Source: Negativicutes bacterium (GTDB taxonomy: Bacteria > Bacillota > Negativicutes > UBA1444). Taken from it: a stretch of DNA of 64,000 bases. Positions within the stretch are counted from its first letter, which is position 1. Each line of letters begins with the position of its first letter. Location of the stretch: positions 32,001 through 96,000 of the forward strand of contig CAXXIN010000019.1 of the NCBI GenBank assembly GCA_963665275.2, read 5' to 3'. The notes beneath the pieces are model-generated. The model was given only the letters and a program-made list of their open reading frames with translations. It ran no database searches and was not told the DNA's origin. The translations under genes and the position numbers were made by a program. This document shows, in pieces, positions 52,918-64,000 of this stretch.

Positions 52918-53132
52918 ACTTGCTTCCTCCACAATTTCAAAACTACATTTCGACAACCGTCGAATTAAATAGTAATTGCTTCGCCTGTTCATGTCAAGTA
53001 ACTTTCAATAAAAAATTAGCGGTCATTGTAAAACGAAATGCAACAGAGACCCAAGGCAATAAATAAACAGCCATAGTGATAAACTGTGTATGATATAAGC
53101 GTCCAAACCCAAATCATACGGAGGAATCAGCT

Positions 53133-53845
<713 letters not shown>

Positions 53846-53877
53846 GGGTACCGCCAAAGCAAAAAGAGGACTAAAAC

Positions 53878-53915
53878 AAAACGAATGGCCGTCAAAAGCG
53901 ACGGCCATTCGTTTT
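53878..53915. terminator. Bidirectional terminator at the end of the pur operon
   Basis: aaacgaatggccgtc-aaaagc-gacggccattcgtttt. Confidence 0.82.
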
Positions 53916-54002
53916 GTCTATCCAGGTTTTAAAAATCCTTTTATGTTAGTCTTTAAGCACTACACATATTATACAAATATAATATGTGTAGTGCTTTATT
54001 AT

Positions 54003-55289
54003 TTATTTTATATTTTTTTTATCATTTCTCAGTGCTCTATGAGCTATGTCCCTGCGGTATTGCATCCCTATGAAGTTTATTTGTTCCACAGCTGGATATA
54101 CCTTAGCCACAGCGGCGGCAATATCTGAGGCGACCGCGGTCACGCCCAGAACCCGGCCGCCGTTTGTCACAACTGTATCCCCCGACAAAGCCGTCCCCGC
54201 ATGAAAAACCACAGCATCTTTGGATGCGGCTGCCGCAAGTCCGCTGATCGCATCACCGCGACGATACTCAGCGGGATACCCACCTGCAGCCAGCACGACG
54301 CATACTGCTGCGCTGTTTTTCCAACGCACGTCACAGTCTGCCAACGTTCCCTCGATACAGGCTTCCAGAACCGGAACAAGATCGCCTTCGAGCAGCGGCA
54401 GTACCACCTGTGTCTCGGGATCGCCAAACCGTGCATTGAATTCGATCACCTTCGGTCCGTCGGCCGTAATCATCAGCCCGGCATAGAGGCAACCCTGATA
54501 GAGAATGCCGTCTTCCCGCATGCCATCGATCATCGGCTGCAGAATCGTGTCCTGAATCTGTTTCAACAGTTCCGGCGTGACTACCGGCGCTGGTGCGTAC
54601 GCCCCCATGCCGCCCGTATTTGGGCCTGTGTCGCCGTCGCCCACCCTTTTGTGATCCTGCGCCGCCACCATCGGGATTACAATGGTTCCATCCGTGAATG
54701 CCAGCAGTGATGCTTCTTCACCGAGCAGCAATTCCTCCAGCACGACCTGATTGCCGGCATCTCCATGCACGCGTTTCAGCATGATGTCATCAATCGCCGC
54801 AAGGGCCTCCTCAGCGCTCTGCGCCACCACCACGCCCTTGCCGGCGGCCAGACCGTCAGCCTTGACCACGATGCCACCCGCTTGTTTCCCGATATATTCC
54901 TTAGCTTCCGAAGCCGAAGAAAACACCGCAAAATCAGCGGTCGGAACGTGATATTTTTTCATCAGTTCTTTGGCAAACGTTTTGGAGCCTTCCAACAGCG
55001 CCGCTTCCTGCGTCGGTCCAAAGACCTTCAAGCCCTGTTGCGTGAAATAATTGACGATGCCATCAGTGAGCGGTTTTTCCGGACCGACAACCGTCAAATC
55101 AACATTGTGTTCACGGGCAAAACCGCACAACGCCTTAATATTATCTGCTGATATATTGACGCATTCCGCAATCTCACCGATTCCCGGATTGCCTGGCGCA
55201 CAATAGATTTTTTCAACCCGGGGACTCATGGCCAGTTTCCAGACCAGCGCATGTTCGCGGCCCCCGCCGCCAACGACCAGGATTCGCAT
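54003..55289 (-). CDS. purD: Phosphoribosylamine-glycine ligase
   Basis: GGGGREHAL, KADGLAAGKGV, QDHKR..GPNTGGMG, EFNARFGDPETQ. Confidence 0.97.
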   Translation of the reverse strand: MRILVVGGGGREHALVWKLAMSPRVEKIYCAPGNPGIGEIAECVNISADNIKALCGFAREHNVDLTVVGPEKPLTDGIVNYFTQQGLKVFGPTQEAALLEGSKTFAKELMKKYHVPTADFAVFSSASEAKEYIGKQAGGIVVKADGLAAGKGVVVAQSAEEALAAIDDIMLKRVHGDAGNQVVLEELLLGEEASLLAFTDGTIVIPMVAAQDHKRVGDGDTGPNTGGMGAYAPAPVVTPELLKQIQDTILQPMIDGMREDGILYQGCLYAGLMITADGPKVIEFNARFGDPETQVVLPLLEGDLVPVLEACIEGTLADCDVRWKNSAAVCVVLAAGGYPAEYRRGDAISGLAAAASKDAVVFHAGTALSGDTVVTNGGRVLGVTAVASDIAAAVAKVYPAVEQINFIGMQYRRDIAHRALRNDKKNIK

Positions 55290-55310
55290 ATCCAACCCTC
55301 CAGCTCTATC

Positions 55311-56854
55311 TCAATGTTTGAAGTGGCGCATCCCGGTAAAAACCATCGCGATACCGTGCTCATCCGCCGCAACTATTGACTCCTCATCCCGCACCGATCC
55401 ACCGGGCTGGATGATCGCCGTAATTCCGGCCTTAGCCGCTGCGTCCACCGTATCCCGGAACGGGAAGAATGCATCCGACGAGAGAACCGCACCCTTTGCT
55501 GCCTCACCGGCCTGCTTCAGGGCAATCTCGGCCGAGCCGACCCGGTTCATCTGTCCAGCTCCCACGCCGATGGTCCGCCCCTCACGTGCTACGACGATGG
55601 CATTGGACTTCACATGCTTCACAACTTTCCAGGCCAGTTCAAGTTCCCGTAATTCTACTGCAGTAGGAGCGCGCTTGGTGACGGTTTTCCATTCCGCAGG
55701 AGGGGTGTCCATGGTATCCGTCGTCTGAATCAGCATGCCCCCCCGATACTGTCTTGATATCATAACGTTGTTTGGCATTGGGCGCCGGCAGAGCCGCCTC
55801 AATCAGGCGCACGTTTTTCTTCGCAGCAAAGATCTCTAGTGCCGCTGGGTCAAAGGAAGGTGCGATGACCGCTTCCAGGAAGATTGTCGCCATCTGCCCG
55901 GCGGTCGCTACATCTACAGGTCGATTCAGGGCCACAATTCCACCGAAAGCTGAAACTGAATCGGCTTCATAGGCCAGTTTATAAGCCGCGGCGATATCAT
56001 CAGCCGTTGCCGTTCCGCAGGGATTGGTATGTTTGATAATGGCTGCAGCAGGACGATCGAACTCAGCCACGATGGACCAAGCCGACTCCAGATCAACGAT
56101 ATTATTGAAGGAAAGTTCTTTTCCAGCCAGTTGTTTTGCATGAGCTACGCCGCCTTTAGCCGAGTTGTCCCGATAAAAAGCCGCCGTCTGGTGAGGATTT
56201 TCGCCATACCGCAAGTCCTGCAGTTTTTCCCAGGGTTGGATCAGCGTCGAGGGATATTCCCCTTCGCCCGTCTGAGAAGAGAAGTAGCGGGAGATGGCCG
56301 CATCGTATTCCGCCGTATGTGTAAATGCCTCACGGACCAGCGCCAGCCTTGTTTCCGCTGTTACTTCACCGTGCTCGGCCAGTTCCGCCACCACGTCGTC
56401 ATATCGGTCCGGGTTGACGACAATCGTCACATACCGGAAATTTTTCGCAGCGCTGCGGACCATCGCCGGCCCGCCAATGTCGATATTCTCCACGGCTTCT
56501 TCCTGGGTCACACCGTTCTTGGCGATCGTTTCACGGAACGGGTACAGATTCACAACCACCAAATCGATGGGACGAATGCCGTGTTCCTCCATCGCCGCCG
56601 CATGCTCCGGATTGTCGCGCACCGCCAGGATACCGCCATGAATATAGGGATTCAGGGTTTTCACACGGACCATCCATCATCTCAGGGAACCCGGTAACTT
56701 CGCTGATATAGATGACCGGAATCCCGGCTTCCTGCAACGTTTTCATCGTGCCGCCTGTCGAGACGATCTCGACGCCCATCGCAACCAGCGCCTTGGCGAA
56801 GTCCACCAGGCCGCTCTTATCCGATACACTGATCAACGCTCGTTTCAATTTCAA
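55311..56854 (-). CDS. purH: Bifunctional AICAR transformylase/IMP cyclohydrolase, split by two +1 frameshifts
   Basis: [23 protein letters not shown] | [28 protein letters not shown] | [27 protein letters not shown]; one extra base near 56668 and one in the G-run near 55740. Confidence 0.93.
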
Positions 56855-57498
56855 TGCCGTTCGCCTTCTTCCCTTGGATTTTGCCTGGGCGGCAATAGCT
56901 TCACAGCCCGCCCCTCCATGAGGATCCGTTCCTCGCAATAGAGCCTGACCGCCCTCACATAGAGGCGGTGCTCCAGATGCAGGATTCGTTCGGAAAGAGT
57001 CGCCACCGTATCATCCTCTTCAACAGGCACCGCTTCCTGCAAGATAATCGGGCCGGAATCCATTCCCTCGTCCACGAAGTGCACCGTTGCGCCCGATACC
57101 TTCACCCCGTACCGCAGGGCCTGTTCCTGTGCATCCAGGCCGGGAAAAGACGGCAGCAGCGCAGGATGGATGTTCATGACCCTCGCTGGAAAACGGTTGA
57201 TGAACTGTGGACTCAGTATCCGCATGAAACCCGCCAGCAAGACCAGCTCGACATGGTGCAGGTCCAGCTGCGCGATGATCGCTGCTTCGAATTCTTGTTT
57301 CGAGGCATACTTCTTGCGCTCCACAACTGCGGTCGGGATGTCCAGGCCTGCAACACGCCGCAGGGCGTTCGCTTCGGGGTTATCCGAGATCACGACGCCG
57401 ATCTTCGCGACAATACGGTCCGAATTGATCGCATCCACGATCGCCTGCAGATTGCTTCCCCGACCGGAAACCAGCACCCCCAGTACTTTTTTACGCAC
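56851..57498 (-). CDS. purN: Phosphoribosylglycinamide formyltransferase
   Basis: [37 protein letters not shown]. Confidence 0.97.
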   Translation of the reverse strand: MRKKVLGVLVSGRGSNLQAIVDAINSDRIVAKIGVVISDNPEANALRRVAGLDIPTAVVERKKYASKQEFEAAIIAQLDLHHVELVLLAGFMRILSPQFINRFPARVMNIHPALLPSFPGLDAQEQALRYGVKVSGATVHFVDEGMDSGPIILQEAVPVEEDDTVATLSERILHLEHRLYVRAVRLYCEERILMEGRAVKLLPPRQNPREEGERH

Positions 57499-58558
57499 CG
57501 AACGCCCCTCCCTTCAGTTCCACCGTCTGATCTCCCTTCACCACCTGACCGATCCGGTAGCAAAGTTCGCCCTGAGCGGTCAGCGCCCGATGAATCGCAG
57601 GCACATCCGCCTCCGCGACGACGAGGATCATGCCGATCCCCATGTTGAAAGTCCGGTACATTTCCGGCCAGGCGACATTTCCCCATTGCTGCAGCAGCGA
57701 AAAAATTAACGGTTTCGGCCAGTTTTCCGTATTCACCGTGACGCCGCAGCCTGCAGGCAAAACCCGGGGAATGTTATCATAAAAACCGCCGCCGGTGATA
57801 TGAACCATTCCCTTGATAGAAAAATTCTCGATCAACGGTAAACAGACTTTAGGGTAGAGACGAGTTGGGGTCAGCAGTTCTTCCCCAAGAGTTTTCCCCA
57901 GCTCCGGGATAAAAGAATCAAAGGAAAAGTTCTGATGGTCAAAGCAGATCTTCCGCACCAGGGAAAATCCATTGGAATGCACACCCGACGAAGGCAGCCC
58001 CAGCAACACATCGCCCGGAGCGATGGTGGCGCCGGTGATCAGCCTGGATTTCTCCGCCACGCCGACGGCAAAACCGGCAATATCATATTCGCCGTCCGGA
58101 TAAAATCCGGCCATCTCGGCGGTTTCGCCACCGATCAGTGCGCAGCCGGATTCCTTGCAGGCCCGGGCGACGCCGCCAACGATGTCGGCGACTTTCTCCG
58201 GTTCCAGTTTGCCGACGGCAACGTAGTCGAGGAAGAACAGCGGCTCCGCGCCCTGCACCAGAATGTCGTTGACACACATGGCCACGGCATCTTGCCCGAT
58301 GGTATCATGTTTATCCATCATGAACGCCAGTTTCAATTTGGTTCCCACGCCATCCGTCCCGGATACCAGGACCGGTTCGCTGTATTTTTGCGTATCGAGC
58401 GCGAACAGTCCGCCAAAGCCGCCGATGTCCGATAGAACTTCCCGACGGAACGTGGAGCGCACATGCGCCTTCATCAGTTCGACGGAGCGGTTTCCCGCGT
58501 CGATATCCACGCCGGCGTCACGATAGCTGAGCCCGGCGCCTGGCTGATTTTCCTTCAT
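57491..58558 (-). CDS. purM: AIR synthase
   Basis: [42 protein letters not shown]. Confidence 0.97.
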   Translation of the reverse strand: MKENQPGAGLSYRDAGVDIDAGNRSVELMKAHVRSTFRREVLSDIGGFGGLFALDTQKYSEPVLVSGTDGVGTKLKLAFMMDKHDTIGQDAVAMCVNDILVQGAEPLFFLDYVAVGKLEPEKVADIVGGVARACKESGCALIGGETAEMAGFYPDGEYDIAGFAVGVAEKSRLITGATIAPGDVLLGLPSSGVHSNGFSLVRKICFDHQNFSFDSFIPELGKTLGEELLTPTRLYPKVCLPLIENFSIKGMVHITGGGFYDNIPRVLPAGCGVTVNTENWPKPLIFSLLQQWGNVAWPEMYRTFNMGIGMILVVAEADVPAIHRALTAQGELCYRIGQVVKGDQTVELKGGAFGA

Positions 58559-60027
58559 GAGCGCTTCCTCCCCTTCGGTTTTGGTAACTCGGCGCAGGCA
58601 TTTTCCTCAAAGATAAACTTGGATCCGGGATTCTCGCCCATGCAGGGAACCCGAGTGGGGTATTCTCCATTGAAACAGGCAGCGCACAAACCGCCTGTAT
58701 TCACATTTGGCACGCATTTACGCAGCCCTTCGATCGACAAATAATACAGGGAATCCACGCCGATATAGCGGCGAATCTGATCCACCGTCTTTGAACTGGC
58801 GATCAGCTCCTTGCGAACTGAGGTATCGATGCCATAGTAACAGGGATAAAGGATCGGCGGTGAGCTGACGCACATGTGGATTTTCTTTGCGCCGGCTTCG
58901 CGCAGCATTTTCACGATGCGCCCGCTGGTCGTGCCCCGGACGATCGAGTCATCCACCATGATGATCGACCGGCCCTCTACCGCCGAGCGGACGGCGTTGA
59001 GTTTAATTCGGACGCCTGCATCCCGTTTCTTCTGTTCAGGCTGAATGAAGGTCCGGCCGATATAGCGATTTTTCACCAGCCCTTCCTCAAAGGGAATCCC
59101 TGACTGGGCGCTGAATCCCAGTGCGGCCGTCGTACCGGAGTCCGGCACTGAAATGACAATGTCCGCTTTCAGGTTGCTCTCAATGGCCAGCTGCCGCCCC
59201 ATGGCCAGCCGCGCCTGATGCACGCTCTGTCCGTCAATCAGACTGTCCGGACGGGCGAAGTAAATATATTCGAACACGCATAACGCGGGTGGCTGTTTTT
59301 CTTTGTCGATGCGCCGGGAGCGCAGTTCCTTGCCGTCGATGATGACCATTTCACCAGGTTCGATGTCCCTGATCATTTTGGCATTGACTGCATCCAGGGC
59401 ACAGGACTCCGAGGCAATGACCCAGCCGCCATCCGGCAGCTTCCCGAGGCAGAGCGGCCGGAATCCATTGGGATCGCGCACGCCGATCAATTTGTCTTCG
59501 GTCATGATGACCAGACAATAGGCCCCGCTGACCTGAGCCATACTCTCAACGATCCGGTCTTCGGCGCTTTTTTTCTTCGAGCGGGCGATCAGGTTGACGA
59601 TGACCTCACTGTCGACAGTGGTCTGAAATACGCTGCCGCCTTGCTCCAGTTTTTTGCGCAGGGCCGGCGCATTGGTCAGATTTCCGTTGTGGGCCATGCT
59701 GATGCGGCCACCGGCGTAGGAAACCAAGAGCGGCTGAATGTTGGCCGCCAGACTGGAACCGGTCGTGGAATAGCGGACATGGCCGATGCCGATATGTCCC
59801 GGCATTTCCGGCATCGAGTCCCGGAACACCTCATTGACCAGACCCATGCCGCGGCGGATGTCCATTGCATAGCCGTTGGCCACGCAAATTCCCGCGCTTT
59901 CCTGACCCCGATGCTGCAAAGCATAGAGACCCCAGTAAGTATTCAGGGCAACATCTACACCTGGAGCGTAGATTCCAAAAATACCGCATTCTTCATGCAG
60001 TTTATCGAGACTCAAGACATCATGCAA
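58555..60027 (-). CDS. purF: Amidophosphoribosyltransferase
   Basis: [33 protein letters not shown]; probable TTG start at 60027 after AAGGAG. Confidence 0.96.
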   Translation of the reverse strand: MHDVLSLDKLHEECGIFGIYAPGVDVALNTYWGLYALQHRGQESAGICVANGYAMDIRRGMGLVNEVFRDSMPEMPGHIGIGHVRYSTTGSSLAANIQPLLVSYAGGRISMAHNGNLTNAPALRKKLEQGGSVFQTTVDSEVIVNLIARSKKKSAEDRIVESMAQVSGAYCLVIMTEDKLIGVRDPNGFRPLCLGKLPDGGWVIASESCALDAVNAKMIRDIEPGEMVIIDGKELRSRRIDKEKQPPALCVFEYIYFARPDSLIDGQSVHQARLAMGRQLAIESNLKADIVISVPDSGTTAALGFSAQSGIPFEEGLVKNRYIGRTFIQPEQKKRDAGVRIKLNAVRSAVEGRSIIMVDDSIVRGTTSGRIVKMLREAGAKKIHMCVSSPPILYPCYYGIDTSVRKELIASSKTVDQIRRYIGVDSLYYLSIEGLRKCVPNVNTGGLCAACFNGEYPTRVPCMGENPGSKFIFEENACAELPKPKGRKRS

Positions 60028-60098
60028 GATATCGTCTCCTTCCACACCTTCGCCAGCTCTTCAACCTTCGGCATGGCAATTACTCTGGCAATGAACAT
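60012..60098 (-). pseudogene. In-frame purS::purL deletion scar (28-aa ORF)
   Basis: [28 protein letters not shown]; ATG overlaps the purC stop (TGATG) and the 3' end overlaps the purF start; halves resemble the PurS N-terminus and PurL C-terminus. Confidence 0.7.
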
Positions 60099-60808
60099 CA
60101 AATTACTTCCCCGGTCAATCGCTTGAGGATCTCCCGATAAGCATCCTCGACGTTGCCGAGGTCACGGCGGAAGCGATCCTTGTCCAATTTTTGTTTTGTT
60201 TCGCTATCCCACAAGCGGCAAGTATCCGGCGAAATCTCGTCACCGAGGATGACTTTGCCTTTATGAACGCCAAACTCCAGTTTGAAGTCGATCAATTCAA
60301 TTTTTTTGGTCTGGAGATACGCTGACAAAACTTCATTGATTTTCAGCGCATAGGCTTCAATCTCTTTCATTTGTTCAGGTGTCGCCAGTCCCATCGCCTT
60401 GATATGGTACTCGTTGATCATCGGATCATGCAGGTCGTCATTCTTATAGTAGAGTTCCAGCACCGGCGTCGGCATTTTCGCGCCTTCTTCCCAGCCAATC
60501 CGCTTGGCCAGACTGCCTGCCGCGACATTGCGGACCACGACTTCCACCTTCAGAATGTCCAGAGCCTTGACGATCATTTCGCGATCACTGATCAGTTTGA
60601 CAAAGTGGTGCGGAATGCCGTGTTCAGCCAACAAATTGAAAAAGAAAGCCGAAACCTTGTTATTGATAATCCCCTTGTTGATGATGGTGCCGCGCTTGGC
60701 GCCGTCGAACGCAGTGGCGTCATCCTTGTAATATACGCGGTATTCATCGGGATTCGCCGTCGCGAACACCTTTTTGGCTTTTCCTTCATACAATTGTTTC
60801 TCTTCCAT
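60098..60808 (-). CDS. purC: SAICAR synthetase
   Basis: [42 protein letters not shown]. Confidence 0.97.
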   Translation of the reverse strand: MEEKQLYEGKAKKVFATANPDEYRVYYKDDATAFDGAKRGTIINKGIINNKVSAFFFNLLAEHGIPHHFVKLISDREMIVKALDILKVEVVVRNVAAGSLAKRIGWEEGAKMPTPVLELYYKNDDLHDPMINEYHIKAMGLATPEQMKEIEAYALKINEVLSAYLQTKKIELIDFKLEFGVHKGKVILGDEISPDTCRLWDSETKQKLDKDRFRRDLGNVEDAYREILKRLTGEVI

Positions 60809-60844
60809 TTTAGCACCCTCCAAAAAATAAAAATTTATTGACAG

Positions 60845-61336
60845 TTAGCCTTCCAGTTTGGCCGCCAGTTTCTGCGCCTTTTTCTCCACCTGTTCGGCCA
60901 TCGTTTTGCGATAGGCCCTGAGCTTGCGCTGCAGTGTCGGCGAAGCGGTCGATAGGACCTGCGCCGCGAACAGTCCCGCGTTCTTGGCGCCGTTGATCGC
61001 CATGCAGGCCACCGGGATTCCCGCCGGCATCTGAACGATGCTGAGCAAAGCGTCCATGCCGCCGAGAGAGGTGCTGTTAACCGGAACCCCGATCACCGGC
61101 AGTGTCGTATAGGCTGCCACCACGCCAGGCAGATGCGCCGCTGCGCCCGCTGCCGCAATGATCACTCCCACGCCGCGCCCCGCCGCGCCCTGAGCAAAGG
61201 TCTGCACTTTTTCCGGTGTACGGTGCGCGGAGGCCACGACGACTTCCGTCTCGATCCCCAGTTCCTTCAGAATGTCCACTGCGGGCGACATCACATCCCA
61301 GTCCGAATCACTTCCCATGATCATGGCGACTTTCAC
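60845..61336 (-). CDS. purE: N5-CAIR mutase
   Basis: [29 protein letters not shown]. Confidence 0.96.
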   Translation of the reverse strand: MKVAMIMGSDSDWDVMSPAVDILKELGIETEVVVASAHRTPEKVQTFAQGAAGRGVGVIIAAAGAAAHLPGVVAAYTTLPVIGVPVNSTSLGGMDALLSIVQMPAGIPVACMAINGAKNAGLFAAQVLSTASPTLQRKLRAYRKTMAEQVEKKAQKLAAKLEG

Positions 61337-61378
61337 AACAGATCCTCCTTGCGAAACTTTTTCGTAGATAATCGCAGA

Positions 61379-61566
61379 TAAAAAACGGACGGGGAGCTTC
61401 GCACGACTTGAATCAGCGAAACCTCCCCGCCCGGGCTTTTATCCCCTCGGTGTAGCGCCATAGCGCCTGTACCACTCGGTCACAGCCACCACCGGCATTG
61501 TCCGTTCTTTGAAAAAGAACGACACGGGCAACGTCGGCCGTGCGGAACCCTAGGCACACTTTCGCA
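61379..61566 (-). ncRNA. PRPP riboswitch (ykkC subtype 2b-like) with overlapping terminator
   Basis: Minus strand GAAAGUGUGCCUAGGGUUCCG...GACCGAGUGGUACAGG..ACACCGAGGGGAUAAAAGCCCGGGCGG.GAGGUUUC, then terminator gggcggggag../..cuccccguccg-U6; directly upstream of purE. Confidence 0.88.
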
Positions 61567-61620
61567 CGTAAGACTTTTGAGACAGCTCAAAAATATACGG
61601 CGGTTTTTTATTGCACCACC

Positions 61621-61692
61621 ATTGTATCAGTGAGCCGAAAATCATGTCAACCCGAAAACGAACTTTAATTAAATTTCAACAAAAATTGTTCG
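61621..61692 (-). promoter_or_regulatory. SigmaA promoter of the pur operon with PurR operator
   Basis: Minus strand TTGACA (61650-61645)-N18-TACAAT (61626-61621); GAAC(61660)-N24-GTTC(61688) paired PurBox arrangement as in Bacillus PurR operators. Confidence 0.75.
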
Positions 61693-61702
61693 GCATTTAC
61701 GA

Positions 61703-63700
61703 TCAGCCAATCCGCTTTGCAATCAAAACTTCTGTTCCAGTTGCGTTATAGACAAGCCGATCCGACAGCCTCCACATGATGGGCAGTCCCCGGCCACCTT
61801 CCGCACAGTCATCACCGATCTCGTCCGTCCCCATCCAACCGGCCCTGAGTCGTTGTAATACGCGGGACACATCAAAGCCCTTTCCAGAATCCTTGACACG
61901 AATGATTAGGCGCGACCCGATCCGGTTCAATTTGACCCTTACAACCGCCCGATTCCCTGCATCGCGCAACGAATTATTGATGGCTTCGTTAAGAATCACC
62001 TCAATGAAACCAGCTTGACCGCCAGCCGCCCTGCCCAACATCTCCCGCAGCCGTTGCCGCAAATACAGCAGTTCATCCGGTCGGGATATTTCAAAACAAG
62101 CCGGCCACACCGTGGCGCCGGAAAAGCGGAAACACAGAGCCGATGCGTCGTCTCTTCCAGAGTCGCCGGCTGCCCAGGATTGCAGCTCATTTACGGTTCG
62201 ATCGAAATCATGCAAATGTTTCGGTACGTCCTGCGCCAAGTGGTCCATCAGGCCATCCGTAACAAAATAAAAAGCATCGCCGGCCTGCACCGGCACCGTG
62301 CATTCAACAAAGTCAGGTTCGAAGCCAAGACCGATCAAAGAGCCCGGTGTCTTGACCACTCCGTGCATATGTCTCGCGGACGCCAGAAAACAGGTAATCC
62401 CGCCGGAAACATAGCAGAGAGTCATTCGCGATAAATCGATTTCAAAACACAAGGCCGCGGCGAACGCACCCTCACTGAAATATGCCTGGGACTGCCGGTT
62501 GACCCGCTGTAGGGTTTCTAGCGGCGACAAGCCTTCATCCAGCGCCTGGTGGAACAATACGTTAATGGCGGAAGTCTGTAACGCCGTAGCGATGCCGTGA
62601 CCCATGACGTCCAGCAGAAAACCCTGCAGCAATGTGCCGGACCGACTCCACCGATACCAGTAAAAATCGCCGCTGACCTCATGATGTGGCTGATAGATCG
62701 TCCGGATCTTCAGGTTCTCACGGTCGCAGTCAAGAGGCAGCAACAAACGCTGCAAGGATCCGGCGCGCTGCAGTTCCGACTTCATCTGCTCGCGCAGGCG
62801 TTTTTCCGCCGTCACATCATGCCAACTTCCCAGGATCAAGGTCCTGTCATTGAGCACGATATGGCTGAGCGTCCGTTCCACATCGATAATACGGCCTCCG
62901 CTGCAAACCATTCGCCGCCGTTCAAGCACAGGACCTTGCTCTCTCGAAAGGTGCTCCATCGCAAACCGTCTATCCACACTCTCACGTGAATCAACGACGA
63001 GATCATAGGCGGTTAACTCAGCCAGCTCGGCTTCCGAATATCCGGTCATCTCGCGAAAGCGCCTATTGGCCTTGATCAGATGTTTGTCGTGAATATCGAA
63101 CAGAGCCATCGCATCGACAGATTGGTCGAATAACGCCCTGGCATTGGCATCACTTTCCTGCAACGTTTCAAAAAGCATAAGGTTATCAAGCGCCAGCGCC
63201 GCCAATTCTGAGGCGCGTTCCAGAAAATCCACCAGTTCTGGCTCAAAGTGTCCGACCTCATCCAAAAAGGTCAGCCCCATAACGCCGACGATATCATTCT
63301 TCCCGCGCCGGACAGGCACGGCCAGAATCGTTGTAAAGCGAGAAAAAACCGCATCAGGATCGCGTTTTTCCCACGTCCGATAATCCTCAACCAGCAATGT
63401 TTTGCCAGTATCCCATACGGTACCTACAACCGCTTCCCCCCGCCCATAGGACTGGATATCCACTGGCAGGCTTTCATGGATACCGGCTCCGTACCGGCGC
63501 ACCATGCGATCTATCGCCGGATCATACAAAAAAAGAAAGCTATGATGGATATCTGAGGTTCGCGCCAACAACTTCAGGATGGACTGCAGGAGATCATGCC
63601 GGTCGATCCGGTTTAAAAGCCCCAGAGAAAATTCATGCAACAGTTGATAGTATTGATTCTGCATACCCACTGTCCTCTCGATCTGATCCAACACCGCCAA
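61703..63700 (-). CDS. GAF-PAS-SpoIIE(PP2C) phosphatase fused to an RsbW-like HATPase
   Basis: GAF (GEAVVG.VW..G), PAS (N..F..MTGYS..EL), VSGDFY, DVMGHG, TDGL, DDAS; EAINN, DSGKGFD, GGRGL; start uncertain. Confidence 0.85.
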   Translation of the reverse strand: MAVLDQIERTVGMQNQYYQLLHEFSLGLLNRIDRHDLLQSILKLLARTSDIHHSFLFLYDPAIDRMVRRYGAGIHESLPVDIQSYGRGEAVVGTVWDTGKTLLVEDYRTWEKRDPDAVFSRFTTILAVPVRRGKNDIVGVMGLTFLDEVGHFEPELVDFLERASELAALALDNLMLFETLQESDANARALFDQSVDAMALFDIHDKHLIKANRRFREMTGYSEAELAELTAYDLVVDSRESVDRRFAMEHLSREQGPVLERRRMVCSGGRIIDVERTLSHIVLNDRTLILGSWHDVTAEKRLREQMKSELQRAGSLQRLLLPLDCDRENLKIRTIYQPHHEVSGDFYWYRWSRSGTLLQGFLLDVMGHGIATALQTSAINVLFHQALDEGLSPLETLQRVNRQSQAYFSEGAFAAALCFEIDLSRMTLCYVSGGITCFLASARHMHGVVKTPGSLIGLGFEPDFVECTVPVQAGDAFYFVTDGLMDHLAQDVPKHLHDFDRTVNELQSWAAGDSGRDDASALCFRFSGATVWPACFEISRPDELLYLRQRLREMLGRAAGGQAGFIEVILNEAINNSLRDAGNRAVVRVKLNRIGSRLIIRVKDSGKGFDVSRVLQRLRAGWMGTDEIGDDCAEGGRGLPIMWRLSDRLVYNATGTEVLIAKRIG

Positions 63701-63829
63701 CCGTTGGCGTTTCTGGCAGGACTCCTTAATTTATTATCCTTTCTTGCCTTTAACCCCTAATTCCTGCAGAAAAAACTAGTAAAAAAGGGAAAACCTTACG
63801 ATTTTCCCTTGCAACAAACAATTGTTACT

Positions 63830-64000
63830 TTATTCCCACTCGATCGTCGACGGAGGTTTGGACGTTACATCATAAACGATACGGTTGACGCCCTTGACTT
63901 CATTGACAATGCGGCGCGATATTTTATCGATCACCTCATAAGGCATCCTAGACCAGTCAGCCGTCATCCCGTCCTCGCTTTCCACCGCGCGAATCCCGAT
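63830..64000 (-). CDS. guaA: GMP synthase, C-terminal end (partial)
   Basis: [54 protein letters not shown]. Confidence 0.95.
   Translation of the reverse strand: MGIRAVESEDGMTADWSRMPYEVIDKISRRIVNEVKGVNRIVYDVTSKPPSTIEWE

Noticed and set aside
55730-56680. Programmed ribosomal frameshifting in purH
   Set aside because: Two independent insertions, no stimulatory structure seen and no precedent known to me; sequencing error is simpler.
61416-61566. Guanidine-I or ppGpp riboswitch
   Set aside because: Paired 5'/3' extensions (GAAAGUG..GGUUUC), the GCCCGGG 3' segment and the purine-operon context fit the PRPP subtype better.

Overview
Mostly core chromosomal DNA from an anaerobic Firmicute, probably Negativicutes/Sporomusaceae-like (inferred from gene content, not verified). 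Left to right: the 5' end of moeA and a frameshifted polyferredoxin gene; a menA-CPBP protease-short polyprenyl synthase module; divergent glpK/glpQ; a low-GC insert bounded by 15-bp direct repeats (dienelactone hydrolase, IS3-like remnant, GGDEF/HD-GYP protein); a cyclophilin; rpoN-glpP-glpABC-ugpAEBC with a GlpP-type leader terminator; a SCIFF ranthipeptide (46-aa precursor missing from the ORF track) and its radical SAM maturase; rapZ-yvcK-whiA; rhomboid, MORN and two L,D-transpeptidase genes; an 11-subunit complex I-like operon with no NuoEFG, preceded by a Tat DUF362 lipoprotein gene with a consensus sigma54 promoter and by a CoA-disulfide reductase-rhodanese gene; an osmoprotectant ABC transporter, ferritin, a small ferredoxin (also missing from the track) and an FAD-linked oxidase whose 3' ~100 bp is duplicated around a low-GC island with an IS30 pseudogene; a purE-C-F-M-N-H-D operon with a PurR operator, a PRPP (ykkC-2b-like) riboswitch and an in-frame purS::purL deletion scar; a GAF-PAS-PP2C-HATPase fusion; and the 3' end of guaA. 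No rRNA, tRNA or CRISPR array was seen. All calls come from reading motifs by eye; no database searches were run.
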